32,000 nt of DNA from Sinorhizobium meliloti (GTDB taxonomy: Bacteria; Pseudomonadota; Alphaproteobacteria; Rhizobiales; Rhizobiaceae), in NCBI RefSeq assembly GCF_017876815.1, contig NZ_JAGIOS010000001.1:1380001-1412000 (forward strand), given 5' to 3'. The stretch's first letter is position 1, and the number at the start of each line of letters is the position of its first letter. A model generated the notes under the pieces. The model saw only the letters and a program-made list of their open reading frames with translations. It was not told the DNA's origin and searched no databases. Of this stretch, positions 1 to 9,948 are shown in pieces. The position numbers and the translations under genes are program-made.

Positions 1-420
1 AAGGACGAGCCGGGAAGCATCGAGCAGGTCAAAGCGAGTCACGACGGCTACCTTGCGCCCTTCGGCCTGATCCACGAGCGCGACATCGGAATTCTCAATG
101 GCGGGCGGCTGCTACGCGGTCGCGACCGACTGCTGCTGGAGGATGGCAGCGATCCGGAAAATGACGACGACGCGACCGCTGTCGCCCGTTTCCACATCCA
201 TCCGGCAATCGGCATGCGCCGGCACAGCGAGAGCGAGATATATCTGACGGCACCCGATGGAGAGGCATGGCTCTTCGCCTGTCGCGACGGTGCGCTCGCG
301 ATCGAGGAGGACATTTTCTTCGCCGATCCCTCCGGCGTGCGCGCCTCGTCGCAGATAAGCGTGACCTTCTCCGCCGCCTCGCAGCCGGAAATCCAGTGGA
401 CGTTCACACGCGAGGGATGA
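1..420 (+). CDS. C-terminal fragment of a conserved protein, probably heparinase II/III-like family (5' end outside the window)
   Basis: Frame +1 is open from base 1 to the TGA at 418-420. The ORF track shows only the last 68 aa, from an internal Met at 214. Third codon positions are GC-rich like neighbouring genes. The product call rests on recalled synteny (a heparinase II/III-like gene upstream of purH in Rhizobiales); I verified no diagnostic motif. Confidence 0.45.
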   Translation, partial: KDEPGSIEQVKASHDGYLAPFGLIHERDIGILNGGRLLRGRDRLLLEDGSDPENDDDATAVARFHIHPAIGMRRHSESEIYLTAPDGEAWLFACRDGALAIEEDIFFADPSGVRASSQISVTFSAASQPEIQWTFTREG

Positions 421-561
421 TCCCGAAATTGCGCCGGGCCTATTTTCCCGTTGTCGCGGCGCCGAAGGTTCCTTCCGGGAACAAGCTATGCTAACGGGCA
501 GCCATCCCAATCGCCGGAACCTCCTCACTACGCGTCCGGCGCTGCCAAAGGAGCAAGGTCG

Positions 562-2172
562 ATGGCTGTCGCCTCCAAGAAAATCCCCGCCCCGGACGAG
601 GTCCGGATCAAAACCGCCCTCCTTTCGGTCTCCGACAAGACGGGCATCGTCGAACTCGCCCGCGCCCTCAACGACAAGGGTATCCGGCTCATCTCGACCG
701 GCGGTACGCACAAGGCGCTTGCCGATGCCGGCCTTCCCGTCAGCGACGTGTCGGAGCTGACCGGCTTTCCGGAAATCATGGACGGGCGCGTCAAGACGCT
801 TCACCCCGGCGTCCATGGCGGTCTTCTCGCGATCCGCGACGACGCGGAGCATGCGGACGCCATGAGCGCGCACGGCATCACCGCGATCGATCTCGCCGTC
901 ATCAATCTCTATCCCTTCGAAGAAGTCCGGGCCAAGGGCGGCGACTATCCGACCACGGTCGAGAATATCGATATCGGCGGCCCCGCGATGATCCGGGCAT
1001 CGGCCAAGAACCATGCCTATGTGACGATCGTCACCGACCCGGCGGACTATTCGCCGCTGCTGGAGGAAATCGCAGACGGCGCGACGCGCTACGCCTTTCG
1101 CCAGAAAATGGCGGCCAAGGCCTATGCCCGCACGGCGGCCTATGATGCGACGATCTCCAACTGGTTCGCCGAAGTGCTCGACACGCCCATGCCGCGCCAC
1201 CGCGTCCTCGGCGGCCTGCTCAGGGAAGAGATGCGCTACGGCGAGAACCCGCACCAGAAAGCCGGATTCTACGTGACCGGCGAGAAACGGCCGGGAGTGG
1301 CCACGGCGGCGCTGCTACAGGGCAAGCAGCTCTCCTACAACAACATCAACGATACCGATGCCGCCTTCGAACTGGTGGCGGAATTCCTGCCGGAGAAGGC
1401 ACCGGCCTGCGCCATCATCAAGCATGCCAACCCCTGCGGCGTTGCGACCGCGCCCTCGCTCGCGGAAGCCTATCGCCGGGCGCTCGCCTGCGATTCGACC
1501 TCGGCATTCGGCGGCATCATCGCGCTCAACCAGGAACTGGACGCCGAGACCGCGGAAGAGATCGTCAAGCTCTTCACCGAGGTGATCATTGCGCCTTCGG
1601 TCAGCGACGACGCGAAAGCCGTCATCGCCCGCAAACCGAACCTGCGGCTGCTTGCGGCCGGCGGCCTGCCGGATCCGCGCACGCCCGGCCTGACGGCGAA
1701 GACGGTCGCCGGCGGGGTGCTCGTCCAGACGCGCGACAACGGCATGGTCGAGGACCTGGAGCTCAAGGTGGTTACCAAGCGTGCGCCGACGGCGCAGGAA
1801 CTCGAAGACATGAAGTTCGCCTTCAAGGTGGCGAAGCACGTCAAGTCCAATGCCATAGTCTATGCCAAGGACGGCCAGACGGCGGGTATCGGCGCCGGCC
1901 AGATGAGCCGCGTCGATTCCGCGCGCATCGCTGCCATAAAGGCGGAAGAAGCGGCCAAGGCGATGGGCCTCGCCGAGCCGCTGACGCGCGGTTCGGCCGT
2001 CGCTTCGGAGGCCTTCCTCCCCTTCGCCGACGGGCTTCTGTCAGCCATCGCTGCCGGCGCAACCGCCGTCATCCAGCCGGGTGGTTCGATGCGCGACGAA
2101 GAAGTGATCGCGGCGGCGAACGAGCACGATGTCGCGATGGTCTTCACAGGCATGCGGCATTTCCGGCACTAG
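562..2172 (+). CDS. purH: Bifunctional AICAR transformylase / IMP cyclohydrolase
   Basis: 536 aa. N-terminal MGS-like domain ([18 protein letters not shown]...STGGTHKAL). AICARFT region ([35 protein letters not shown]) and the typical C-terminus [12 protein letters not shown] 562 is preceded by AAAGGAG (547-553). The track start at 451 is a TTG that adds a basic, non-conserved 37-aa extension. Confidence 0.97.
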   Translation: MAVASKKIPAPDEVRIKTALLSVSDKTGIVELARALNDKGIRLISTGGTHKALADAGLPVSDVSELTGFPEIMDGRVKTLHPGVHGGLLAIRDDAEHADAMSAHGITAIDLAVINLYPFEEVRAKGGDYPTTVENIDIGGPAMIRASAKNHAYVTIVTDPADYSPLLEEIADGATRYAFRQKMAAKAYARTAAYDATISNWFAEVLDTPMPRHRVLGGLLREEMRYGENPHQKAGFYVTGEKRPGVATAALLQGKQLSYNNINDTDAAFELVAEFLPEKAPACAIIKHANPCGVATAPSLAEAYRRALACDSTSAFGGIIALNQELDAETAEEIVKLFTEVIIAPSVSDDAKAVIARKPNLRLLAAGGLPDPRTPGLTAKTVAGGVLVQTRDNGMVEDLELKVVTKRAPTAQELEDMKFAFKVAKHVKSNAIVYAKDGQTAGIGAGQMSRVDSARIAAIKAEEAAKAMGLAEPLTRGSAVASEAFLPFADGLLSAIAAGATAVIQPGGSMRDEEVIAAANEHDVAMVFTGMRHFRH

Positions 2173-2247
2173 ATCACGATGTTTTTGGGTCGGGTCGACC
2201 TAAGGACATGAACGTGATCGATTCCAAGAAGTCGAGACGCGGGATGC

Positions 2248-2272
2248 GGGCGCAAAACCGCCCACACTTTTT
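2248..2272 (+). terminator. Weak candidate intrinsic terminator downstream of purH
   Basis: GGGCG (2248-2252) pairs with CGCCC (2259-2263) around a 6-nt loop, followed by ACAC then TTTTT (2268-2272). The stem is only 5 bp. Confidence 0.3.
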
Positions 2273-2305
2273 CTCATCCCGCTCTAAGCCTCCTGCGCGA
2301 AATTC

Positions 2306-3676
2306 CTATAGCGGCCGGTGCGCCGGATAGGGGGTCCGCAGGAGGATCACGAGACCGACGGCGAGAAAGGCGACCAGCGCCATCATGCCGATCCGGGCCG
2401 AACCGGTCACAAGCGTGATCGTCGCGACCGAGGCGGGCGCCAGGAACGAGGTGGCGCGGCCGGAAAGGGCGTAGAGACCGAAATAACGCCCGGCTTCGTC
2501 GGGCGAAACACTGCGCGCGAGGTAGGATCGGGATGAGGCCTGGACCGGCCCGAAGGCCACGCCGACCAAGAGTCCATACAGAATATAGGCCTTTTCGGCG
2601 GCGGTGCCGAAGAGGCCGCCCGAGTCCGTCGAGCCAAGCGGGACAAGCCCGAAGAGCGTGAAACCGGGCCCGGTCGAGACGATGCCGAGCGTGGCGATCG
2701 TCAGTGAGACGAGGCTTGCGACGACGATCGTCTTGGAGCCGAGCCGTGCATCCAGCCTGCTCGCATAAAGGCAGCCGAAGATCGCCACGACATTCAGGAT
2801 GATGCCGTAGAGCCCGAGTTCCATCGTCTGCCATCCGAACATCCCGGCGGCGAAGGTGCCGCCGAGCGCGAGCAGCCCGTTGACGCCGTCCTGGAAGATC
2901 ATCCGGGCGATCAGGAACCGCAAGATGCCGGCCCTCTCCTTGAGTTCGGCAAGCGTGCCCTTCAGTTCCTCGAAGCCCCGAGCGGTTGCCTTCGCCATGG
3001 ACATCCTTGCCCTGGTCGCATCCGGCGTGAAGAGGAACATCGGCAGGATGAAAACGAGGTACCAGGCGGCGGATATGGGGCCGGTGATCCGGGCGTCTTC
3101 GCCCTTTGCCGGATCGAGCCCGAACAGAGGCTCGAGTCCGATCGCCGTCTTGCCGGTCTGCGGGCTTCCGGCAATCAGCGCGACCACGGCGATCAGCACG
3201 ATCATGCCGCCGAGATAACCGAGGCCCCAGGCGATGTTGGAGATGCGTCCCACTTCCTTTTCGCTCACGAGCCGCGTCATCATCGAATCGTTGAAGACGA
3301 TGGAAAATTCGGCGGCCACGGTCGCCAGCGCCAGAAGGAGCGCCGTATAGATCAGGGACGAGCCCGGTGCCGCGTTCCAGAGCAGGGCGAGCGAGATGAT
3401 CTTCACGGCGGCGAAAAAGGCGATCCACGGCTTTCGTGGGCCGGACGCATCGGCAATTGCGCCGAGGACCGGCGAAAGCAGGGCAATCACGATCCCCGCG
3501 ACGGTCAGCGTATAGCCCCAGACCGCCTGTCCATGTGCGGGATCGGCCGTTAGCCGGGAAACAAAATAGGGCGCGAAGATGAAGGTGGTGATGACGGTGA
3601 AGAAGGGTTGCGCGGCCCAGTCGAACAGCATCCAGCCGGCAATGCCGAGACGCGAAGTCCGAGGCCGCTCCTCCAT
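2306..3676 (-). CDS. MFS transporter, UMF1/Atg22-like family
   Basis: Polytopic hydrophobic protein. The N-terminus GWMLFDWAAQPFFTVITTFIFAPYF matches my recollection of the UMF1 family. Start set at the ATG at 3674-3676 (Met31 of the track ORF, whose own start is a TTG at 3766). Stop TAG at 2306-2308. Confidence 0.8.
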   Translation of the reverse strand: MEERPRTSRLGIAGWMLFDWAAQPFFTVITTFIFAPYFVSRLTADPAHGQAVWGYTLTVAGIVIALLSPVLGAIADASGPRKPWIAFFAAVKIISLALLWNAAPGSSLIYTALLLALATVAAEFSIVFNDSMMTRLVSEKEVGRISNIAWGLGYLGGMIVLIAVVALIAGSPQTGKTAIGLEPLFGLDPAKGEDARITGPISAAWYLVFILPMFLFTPDATRARMSMAKATARGFEELKGTLAELKERAGILRFLIARMIFQDGVNGLLALGGTFAAGMFGWQTMELGLYGIILNVVAIFGCLYASRLDARLGSKTIVVASLVSLTIATLGIVSTGPGFTLFGLVPLGSTDSGGLFGTAAEKAYILYGLLVGVAFGPVQASSRSYLARSVSPDEAGRYFGLYALSGRATSFLAPASVATITLVTGSARIGMMALVAFLAVGLVILLRTPYPAHRPL

Positions 3677-3789
3677 TCGCCCAGCCGCGATATCCACTTC
3701 ATCCCTCCCCGGCACTTGCGCAAGCGCGCCGCGTTCGTAGGCGGCGGGCAGGGCAATGAAGAACAACCTTCAACCGGAGCGGAATTGGG

Positions 3790-3816
3790 CCCTCCGGCTT
3801 GTTTACGGCCGGAGGG
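3790..3816 (-). terminator. Hairpin 7 nt downstream of the glutamate dehydrogenase stop, possible terminator
   Basis: CCCTCCGGC (3790-3798) and GCCGGAGGG (3808-3816) form a 9-bp GC-rich stem with a 9-nt loop. There is no clear U-tract on the minus strand. Confidence 0.35.
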
Positions 3817-3822
3817 ACTGTG

Positions 3823-6800
3823 TCATTTCGTCCAGCCGCGTGCAAGATCGCTGAGGAGACCGGCTGCAACAGTGACCTTGGCGAGGGTCGTTTCGCCCTT
3901 TTCGGTCAGCAGCCTCAGCTGGTCGCCGACAGTGGCGACGCGTTGGCGATCGCGGTCCTGCCAGGCGAGAACGGGGTTTCGGTCGCCCTTATGCTCGACG
4001 AGGGCGGCGATGGTGATATCGCGGCGTGCGGTGCCGATATCGCCGACCGCCCGCGAGAGCGCCATTGACTCGAACTGCTCGGTGGCGGGCACGCGGTCGG
4101 CGGCCGCCAGCAGGCGGTTGATCCTCAGGCTCTCGGTGACGGTGAAATAGGCTTGGGCGGTGCGGCTCAGCGGCTCGCCAGTTACCGTGGCGATCTGCAT
4201 GATCTCAGGGACCAGGGTCATGAGCGACAGTTCGGCGATTTCCTCGGCAAGCTTTGCCGACACGCCGTTTTCGATGAAGCCAGCGGCCCTCAGGCGCGCT
4301 TCCTCGGCACCCTCCCTGGATATCGCCGCCCGCATGGTGCCGCGCAGCTTCTGCAGCCCGTCGCGAAGCCGGGCAACCGCTTCGGCCACGGAGCCCTCGG
4401 AGGCGCGGGTGCGCAGCGCCCTTTCGGCGACGAGCGCAAAGATACGCCCCACCTCATGATAGAGCCTGTTCTGGATCGCGCCGCTGATCCTGTTGTCGAG
4501 CGCGTCGATCTCGCCGTAGATGCGCGGCAGATCGAAGCCATCCAGGGCCAGCACCGCTGCCTTCACGACGTCGGCGGATAGGAAGCCGGTGGCATCCGTC
4601 AGCGTCGAGACGAAAGCGGGGCCGCCGCGGTTTATCGTTTCGTTGGCGAGCACGGTCGCGATGATCTCACGGCGCAGCCGGTGCCCGTGAATGTCGCCGG
4701 CATAGGCCTTGCGCATCTTTGCGGGGAAGTAGCGCTCCAGGGTCGCCGTGAAATAGGGGTCGTCCGGAATCTCGCTGACGATCAGCTCGTCGAAGAGCAC
4801 CAGTTTCGCATAGGAGAGCAGCACGCCGATCTCCGGGTGCGTGAGCGGCCGGCCCGCCTGGTAGCGCTCGCTCATCGCCTGGTCGGTCGGCAGGGTCTCG
4901 ACCTTCCGGTTGAGGTGACCGTCGGCCTCCAGCCGCGCCATCAGCCGCGCCAGCGGCGTGCGGTTGGCGAGGCCCTGCATTTCGGTGAGCGAGATCGCCA
5001 GCGACTGCTGGTAGTTGTTACGCAGCACGAGATGTCCCACCTCGTCCGTCATCGATGCCAGAAGCGTGTTGCGCTTGGGCCGGGTCAGGCGGTCGTCGCG
5101 CATGGCCGAGGCAAGCGCGATCTTGATGTTGACCTCGACGTCGGAGGAATTGACGCCGGCCGAGTTGTCGATGGCATCGGAGTTGCAGCGCCCGCCATTG
5201 AGCGAGAAGCCGATACGGCCTTTCTGGGTGACGCCGAGATTGGCCCCCTCTCCGATCACGCGCGCCCGCACGTCCTCGGCGGAGACGCGGATCGCGTCGT
5301 TGGCGCGGTCGCCGACCTCCGCATCCGTCTCGTTGGCGCCGCGCACATAGGTGCCGATGCCGCCGAACCAGAGCAGGTCGACCGGGCTCTTCAGGATTGC
5401 GCTCATGATCTCGAAGGGCGTTGCCTTCGGCTTGTCGATGCCGATCGCCGCCATCGCTTCGGGGGTGAGTGTCACCAGTTTTTCCGAACGCGAGATGATC
5501 ATCGCGCCGGGCGAGAGCGCCTTGCGGTCATAATCCTGCCAGCTGGAGCGTGGCAGCGCGAACATTCGCTTGCGCTCGCCAAAGGAGAGATCGATATCCG
5601 GCTCGGGATCGATGAAGATATCGCGGTGATCGAAGGCCGCGATCAGCCGGATCTTTTCCGAAAGCAGCATGCCGTTGCCGAAGACGTCACCCGACATGTC
5701 GCCGACGCCGGCGACGGTGAAGGGCGTCGTCTGGATGTCGACGTCCATTTCGCGGAAGTGCCGCTTGACGGCCTCCCACGCGCCGCGTGCGGTAATCCCC
5801 ATCTTCTTGTGGTCGTAGCCGGCGGAGCCGCCTGAAGCGAAGGCGTCGTCGAGCCAGAAGTCCGCTTCCTGGGCGAGCGCATTCGCCGTGTCGGAGAAGG
5901 TTGCCGTTCCCTTGTCGGCGGCAACGACGAAATAGGGGTCGTCGCCGTCGAGCCGTAACGTGTCCTCAGGGGGAACGACCTCCTGGCCGATGATATTGTC
6001 GGTAACCGAGAGCAGCGTGCGGATATAGGTCTTGTATGCTTCCGTTCCCGCCTTGAAGATCTCGTCGCGGCTGCCGCCGACAGGCAGCTGCTTGGGATAG
6101 AAGCCGCCCTTGGCGCCGACCGGAACGATGACGGCGTTCTTCACCTGCTGCGCCTTGACGAGACCGAGCACCTCGGTCCGGTAGTCCTGTGCCCGGTCGG
6201 ACCAGCGAAGCCCGCCGCGCGCTACCTTGCCGAAGCGCAGATGGACGCCTTCCACTTCCGTGCCGTAGACGAAAATCTCGCGGAAGGGCCGCGGCTCCGG
6301 CAGGCCTTCGAGCTGCTTCGGATCGAGCTTGAAGGCAAGAACCGCGCGCGGCCTGCCCTCGGCGTCCTTCTGGAAATAGTTCGTCCGGAGCGTCGACTGG
6401 ACCGCATTGACGTAGCGGCGCAGGATTCTGTCCTCGTCGAGGCTGGGCACGGCAGACAGCGCCTCCTCGATGCCTGTCAGCAAGGCGCTGCACTTCTTCG
6501 TGCGTGCTTTCACCTCCGTCGTCGGATCCATGCGCGTGGAGAAGAGACGGAAGATGTCGGCGGCGATCGTCGGATATTTGTTCAGGGTATCGGCGATATA
6601 GCCTTGGGAATAGGTGATGCCGGCCTGGCGCAGATAGCGCGCATAGGCGCGCAGTACCGTGATTTCGCGGGCGGTGAGCCCGGCAAGCAGGACCAGCCGG
6701 TTGAAGTTGTCGTCCTCCGTCGTGCCGTTCCAGGCCGCGAGGAAGGCCTCCTCCAGTGCCGGGCCGATTCTGGCGAGGTTGAGCGTGTGCCCGTCGCGGT

Positions 6801-8610
6801 GGATCAGTTCCATGTCGTGAAGGACGACCTCGCGGGGCTCGTCCCCATGGACGTGCACGCCGATGTCGTAGGTCTGCTCGCTGATGACACGGAAGCCGAG
6901 ATTTTCGAGAAGCGGCACGCGGCGCGACAGCGAAACGGGCGTGTCGGCATGGAAGATCTTCAGTTCCAGCGTATCCGGCCGCTCCTGATGCCGGTGGTAG
7001 AAGGAGATGCGGATCGGGTCGCCAGCCGTGCAGGCGGCGATGTCTCCGAGGTCGGCATAGGCTTCCGCGGGCGTGAAGGCCGCCTGATAGGCCTCACCGA
7101 CCGATATCTCGGTGCCCTCCTTGCGGGCGAGCAGATTGAACCGATCGATCCAGCGGGTGACGATGGCGCGGACCGCCTCTTCGAGCTTCGCCTGGGGAAC
7201 CCGTGGCGTCTTGCCGCCGGAGCGTCCTATGATGAAATGGACGCGTGCGAGCCCGCCTTCGGGAAAGGCCGGGTAATAGGCCGAGACCCGGCCGTCATAG
7301 ACTGTCTTCAGATAATCGCCGATCTTTTCGCGGACATCGGAATCGTATTGTTCGCGCGGCACGAACACGATGACCGACACGAAGCGGTCGAAGTGGTCGA
7401 TGCGCGGCAGCACCCGTACCCGCGGGCGGTCGCCGAGTTCGTTGATCTGTTCGCAGAAGGCGGCGAGAAGCCCGACGTCGATCTGGAAAAGATCGTCGCG
7501 CGGATAGGCTTCCAGCGTGTTCGCCAGCGTCTTGCCGGAATGGCTCTGCGGATCATAGCCGAAATGATCGACGATCTTCTCGATCTTGTGCCTGAGCAGC
7601 GGGATCTCCGACGCCTGGCGCGTGTAGGCCGTCGAGGTGAACAGACCGACGATGCGCAGCTCGCCGACGACGTTGCCGGAGGCGTCGAAGCGCTTGATGC
7701 CGATATAGTCCATATGGGCACGCCGGTGGACGACCGACTTCACATTGGCCTTGGTCACGATCAGGAAGTCTGGGCCCTCGAGGAAGGCGAGGATTTCCGG
7801 CGTCGTCAGCACCGCATCCTTGCCCTGGCGCAGGACCCGCACGTCCGGATTGGACAGGATGCCGAGCCCCCTGCCCTTGCCGCGCTCGACGGTCGCCCGT
7901 CCGCCCTTGCCGGAATAGGTATATTCCCGCATGCCGAGGAAGGTGAAGTTGCTATCCCTTAGCCAGCGAAGGAACGCCAGCGCCTCGTCGCGGTCGCTCT
8001 TCTTGCGGGAAGCGTTGTAGTCCTCGAGCTCCCGCATTGCCTGGTCGAGCAAAGCGGTCATTGCCGGCCAGTCGTGTACGGCTTGATGAACCTGCTCCAG
8101 CACATCCGAGATGCGCTTGCTCAGTGAGCGTGCCTCGAGCGGCGTCAGCCTGCTCAAGTGGATTTGAATGTGGCTGACGCGGTGCTCGGGCGCGCTTTCC
8201 TCGTCCGGATCGAAGAGCTTCACGGGCTTGCCGGGTTCCATCACCAGAATCGGGTGGATCGCCAGGTGGATGTCGCGGTGGGTGCTCGTCACCTCTCCCA
8301 TCACCGAATCGTAAAGGAAGGGCATGTTGCGCTCGGTGATCGCGATGATCGAAACCTCGATACCACCCGGTGCGACCCCTGCTACCGTCTCCACCGAGAC
8401 CTGCGGCTTGCCGCCGTCCCAGCGCGCGAGCTCGCCGCGCGCGTGGGCAGCGGTGAGCGCCAGCATCTCAGGCGTGTAACGGTCGAGGTCATCGTTGCTC
8501 GCTCCGCCGAAGAGGATTTCCGGTGGCAGTGTCTCGGCCCCGAATCTGGACCCTGCCGCTCGGGCCGCATCGATGTGCCGATCCCGCTTCGGATTATGCT
8601 TCACGCCCAT
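3823..8610 (-). CDS. Large NAD-specific glutamate dehydrogenase (about 180 kDa GdhB/GdhZ class)
   Basis: About 1595 aa in a single ORF. The catalytic region HLRFGKVARGGLRWSDR...VIVPVGAKGGFY...AADKGTATFSD is typical of the Bac_GDH family. ATG 8608-8610 is preceded by GGAGAG; a GTG at 8623-8625 is an alternative start. Confidence 0.95.
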   Translation of the reverse strand: MGVKHNPKRDRHIDAARAAGSRFGAETLPPEILFGGASNDDLDRYTPEMLALTAAHARGELARWDGGKPQVSVETVAGVAPGGIEVSIIAITERNMPFLYDSVMGEVTSTHRDIHLAIHPILVMEPGKPVKLFDPDEESAPEHRVSHIQIHLSRLTPLEARSLSKRISDVLEQVHQAVHDWPAMTALLDQAMRELEDYNASRKKSDRDEALAFLRWLRDSNFTFLGMREYTYSGKGGRATVERGKGRGLGILSNPDVRVLRQGKDAVLTTPEILAFLEGPDFLIVTKANVKSVVHRRAHMDYIGIKRFDASGNVVGELRIVGLFTSTAYTRQASEIPLLRHKIEKIVDHFGYDPQSHSGKTLANTLEAYPRDDLFQIDVGLLAAFCEQINELGDRPRVRVLPRIDHFDRFVSVIVFVPREQYDSDVREKIGDYLKTVYDGRVSAYYPAFPEGGLARVHFIIGRSGGKTPRVPQAKLEEAVRAIVTRWIDRFNLLARKEGTEISVGEAYQAAFTPAEAYADLGDIAACTAGDPIRISFYHRHQERPDTLELKIFHADTPVSLSRRVPLLENLGFRVISEQTYDIGVHVHGDEPREVVLHDMELIHRDGHTLNLARIGPALEEAFLAAWNGTTEDDNFNRLVLLAGLTAREITVLRAYARYLRQAGITYSQGYIADTLNKYPTIAADIFRLFSTRMDPTTEVKARTKKCSALLTGIEEALSAVPSLDEDRILRRYVNAVQSTLRTNYFQKDAEGRPRAVLAFKLDPKQLEGLPEPRPFREIFVYGTEVEGVHLRFGKVARGGLRWSDRAQDYRTEVLGLVKAQQVKNAVIVPVGAKGGFYPKQLPVGGSRDEIFKAGTEAYKTYIRTLLSVTDNIIGQEVVPPEDTLRLDGDDPYFVVAADKGTATFSDTANALAQEADFWLDDAFASGGSAGYDHKKMGITARGAWEAVKRHFREMDVDIQTTPFTVAGVGDMSGDVFGNGMLLSEKIRLIAAFDHRDIFIDPEPDIDLSFGERKRMFALPRSSWQDYDRKALSPGAMIISRSEKLVTLTPEAMAAIGIDKPKATPFEIMSAILKSPVDLLWFGGIGTYVRGANETDAEVGDRANDAIRVSAEDVRARVIGEGANLGVTQKGRIGFSLNGGRCNSDAIDNSAGVNSSDVEVNIKIALASAMRDDRLTRPKRNTLLASMTDEVGHLVLRNNYQQSLAISLTEMQGLANRTPLARLMARLEADGHLNRKVETLPTDQAMSERYQAGRPLTHPEIGVLLSYAKLVLFDELIVSEIPDDPYFTATLERYFPAKMRKAYAGDIHGHRLRREIIATVLANETINRGGPAFVSTLTDATGFLSADVVKAAVLALDGFDLPRIYGEIDALDNRISGAIQNRLYHEVGRIFALVAERALRTRASEGSVAEAVARLRDGLQKLRGTMRAAISREGAEEARLRAAGFIENGVSAKLAEEIAELSLMTLVPEIMQIATVTGEPLSRTAQAYFTVTESLRINRLLAAADRVPATEQFESMALSRAVGDIGTARRDITIAALVEHKGDRNPVLAWQDRDRQRVATVGDQLRLLTEKGETTLAKVTVAAGLLSDLARGWTK

Positions 8611-8678
8611 GAAATCGCTCTCCACTCATGATGGTTGAACCTACCAGAACCATGCCCAATGGCGACCGTTTTTATGAT

Positions 8679-8729
8679 GGATTTCGGCAAAATGGAGCCG
8701 GATTTCGGAGAAAATCACGTAGATTCGAC
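8679..8729. promoter_or_regulatory. Direct repeats GGATTTCGG at 21-bp spacing in the gdh/pdxY divergent intergenic region
   Basis: GGATTTCGGCAAAAT (8679-8693) and GGATTTCGGAGAAAAT (8700-8715), plus a degenerate AGATTCGAC at 8721-8729. Period is 21 bp. They lie 70-120 bp upstream of the gdh start. Confidence 0.3.
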
Positions 8730-8893
8730 CTAAATCCATTTAAATCAAAGGTAATTTTGCAAAAATTTCCCGAAAAACCGCAAAAACGAACGAAAACGCC
8801 GAAGTTTCTTCACGCGTGGTCTGCAAGAGCAGCTGTTGACAGGCCGTGAGGGGCGGGCGATCACACTTCGAAAGCGAATAATGGGGTCTCCCG

Positions 8894-9775
8894 ATGTCCG
8901 ACACGCCTGCCGCGCCCGGTGCCGTCATCGTCATTTCGAGTCATGTGGTCCGCGGTGCGGTCGGCAACCGGGCTGCCGTCTTCGCGCTGGAAATGCTCGG
9001 CCATCGGGTCTGGGCTTTGCCGACGGTCGTGCTCCCCTGGCATCCGGGACACGGCCGGTCGACGCGGGTGACCATGCCGGACGAGGACTTCCGCTCGATC
9101 ATTGACGATCTCGTCGCTGCGCCCTGGATCGGCGAGGTGCGCGCGGTGCTGTCCGGCTATCTGGGTTCCCCTGAACAGGCGGCGGCCGTTGCCGGCCTCG
9201 TGAAGGCGCTGCGCCGGCGTGATCCCGCGCTCTTCTATGCCTGCGATCCGATTCTTGGCGATGCGGGCGGCCTCTACGTCCCGGTGGAGATCGCCGGCGC
9301 CATCCGCGACCTGCTGCTGCCGCTTGCGACGCTCGCCACGCCCAACCGGTTCGAGCTCTCCTGGTTGGCAGGTGCTTCGCTCGAGACGAATGCGGCTATC
9401 CTCGACGCGGCGGTCGACCTCGGACCGTCACGGGTGCTGGTGACATCGGCGATACCGATGATGAGCGGCGGTACGGGCAATCTTTACCTGTCCGGACGCC
9501 ATGCGCTGCTTGCCGAGCACCGCCTGATCGACAATCCTCCGAACGGCACCGGCGACCTGCTCTCGGCCGTATTCCTCGCGCGCCTCCTGGAAGGGCTTCC
9601 GGAGGAACGCGCGCTGCAGATGGCGACCGCCAGCGTCTACGAGGTCATTGCGAGAAGCCGCAAGCGCGATTCCGACGAGCTGACGCTCGAACAGGATGCA
9701 TCGAGCCTCGCGACACCGATGGCAATGGTGCAGATGCGCCGCCTCATGCATCCGAGCCAAGCGCGGAAGAAATAG
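8894..9775 (+). CDS. pdxY: Pyridoxal/pyridoxamine kinase (PdxY-like, ribokinase superfamily)
   Basis: 293 aa. The N-terminus VIVISSHVVRGAVGNRAAVFALEMLGHRVWALPTV parallels E. coli PdxY (QSHVVYGHAGNSAA...LG..VW.LNTV, recalled). C-terminal anion-hole motif NGTGDLLSAVFLA. Confidence 0.82.
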   Translation: MSDTPAAPGAVIVISSHVVRGAVGNRAAVFALEMLGHRVWALPTVVLPWHPGHGRSTRVTMPDEDFRSIIDDLVAAPWIGEVRAVLSGYLGSPEQAAAVAGLVKALRRRDPALFYACDPILGDAGGLYVPVEIAGAIRDLLLPLATLATPNRFELSWLAGASLETNAAILDAAVDLGPSRVLVTSAIPMMSGGTGNLYLSGRHALLAEHRLIDNPPNGTGDLLSAVFLARLLEGLPEERALQMATASVYEVIARSRKRDSDELTLEQDASSLATPMAMVQMRRLMHPSQARKK

Positions 9776-9948
9776 CAGCGGAAGAAATAGCATCAGATAC
9801 GGAAGAAATGCCTCATGGACGCATTTCGCCCTTTCGAATGGCGGGAGCTCGCTGTAACAGTTCGACGCTTCATGGTTCCCGGTGCGTCTTTCAGACACGC
9901 TACCCGCATGTTTCCTTGAATCCCGATCAAAGAAGGAGCACCAGGACG

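Noticed and set aside
451-561. N-terminal extension of purH from the TTG at 451
   Set aside because: The extension is basic and unlike the PurH N-terminus. ATG 562 has a good AAAGGAG RBS and gives the canonical 536-aa protein.
112-1254. 380-aa ORF on the minus strand
   Set aside because: It is antisense to the heparinase-like tail and to purH. It is Arg/Gly/Ala/Asp-rich with no recognisable domain. This is a typical shadow ORF of high-GC coding DNA.
2274-3428. 384-aa minus-strand ORF overlapping the UMF1 transporter gene in another frame
   Set aside because: It is Arg-rich and low-complexity. The overlapping frame encodes a coherent 12-TM-type transporter.
4681-7962. Long plus-strand ORFs (384 aa at 4681-5835, 573 aa at 6241-7962) inside the gdh region
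   Set aside because: They are antisense to a full-length conserved 1595-aa glutamate dehydrogenase. Their composition is dominated by R/A/G/D/V with no motifs.
8835-8863. GTTGACA as a -35 box for pdxY
   Set aside because: No acceptable -10 hexamer lies 16-18 nt downstream (CGATCA at best), so I did not call a promoter.
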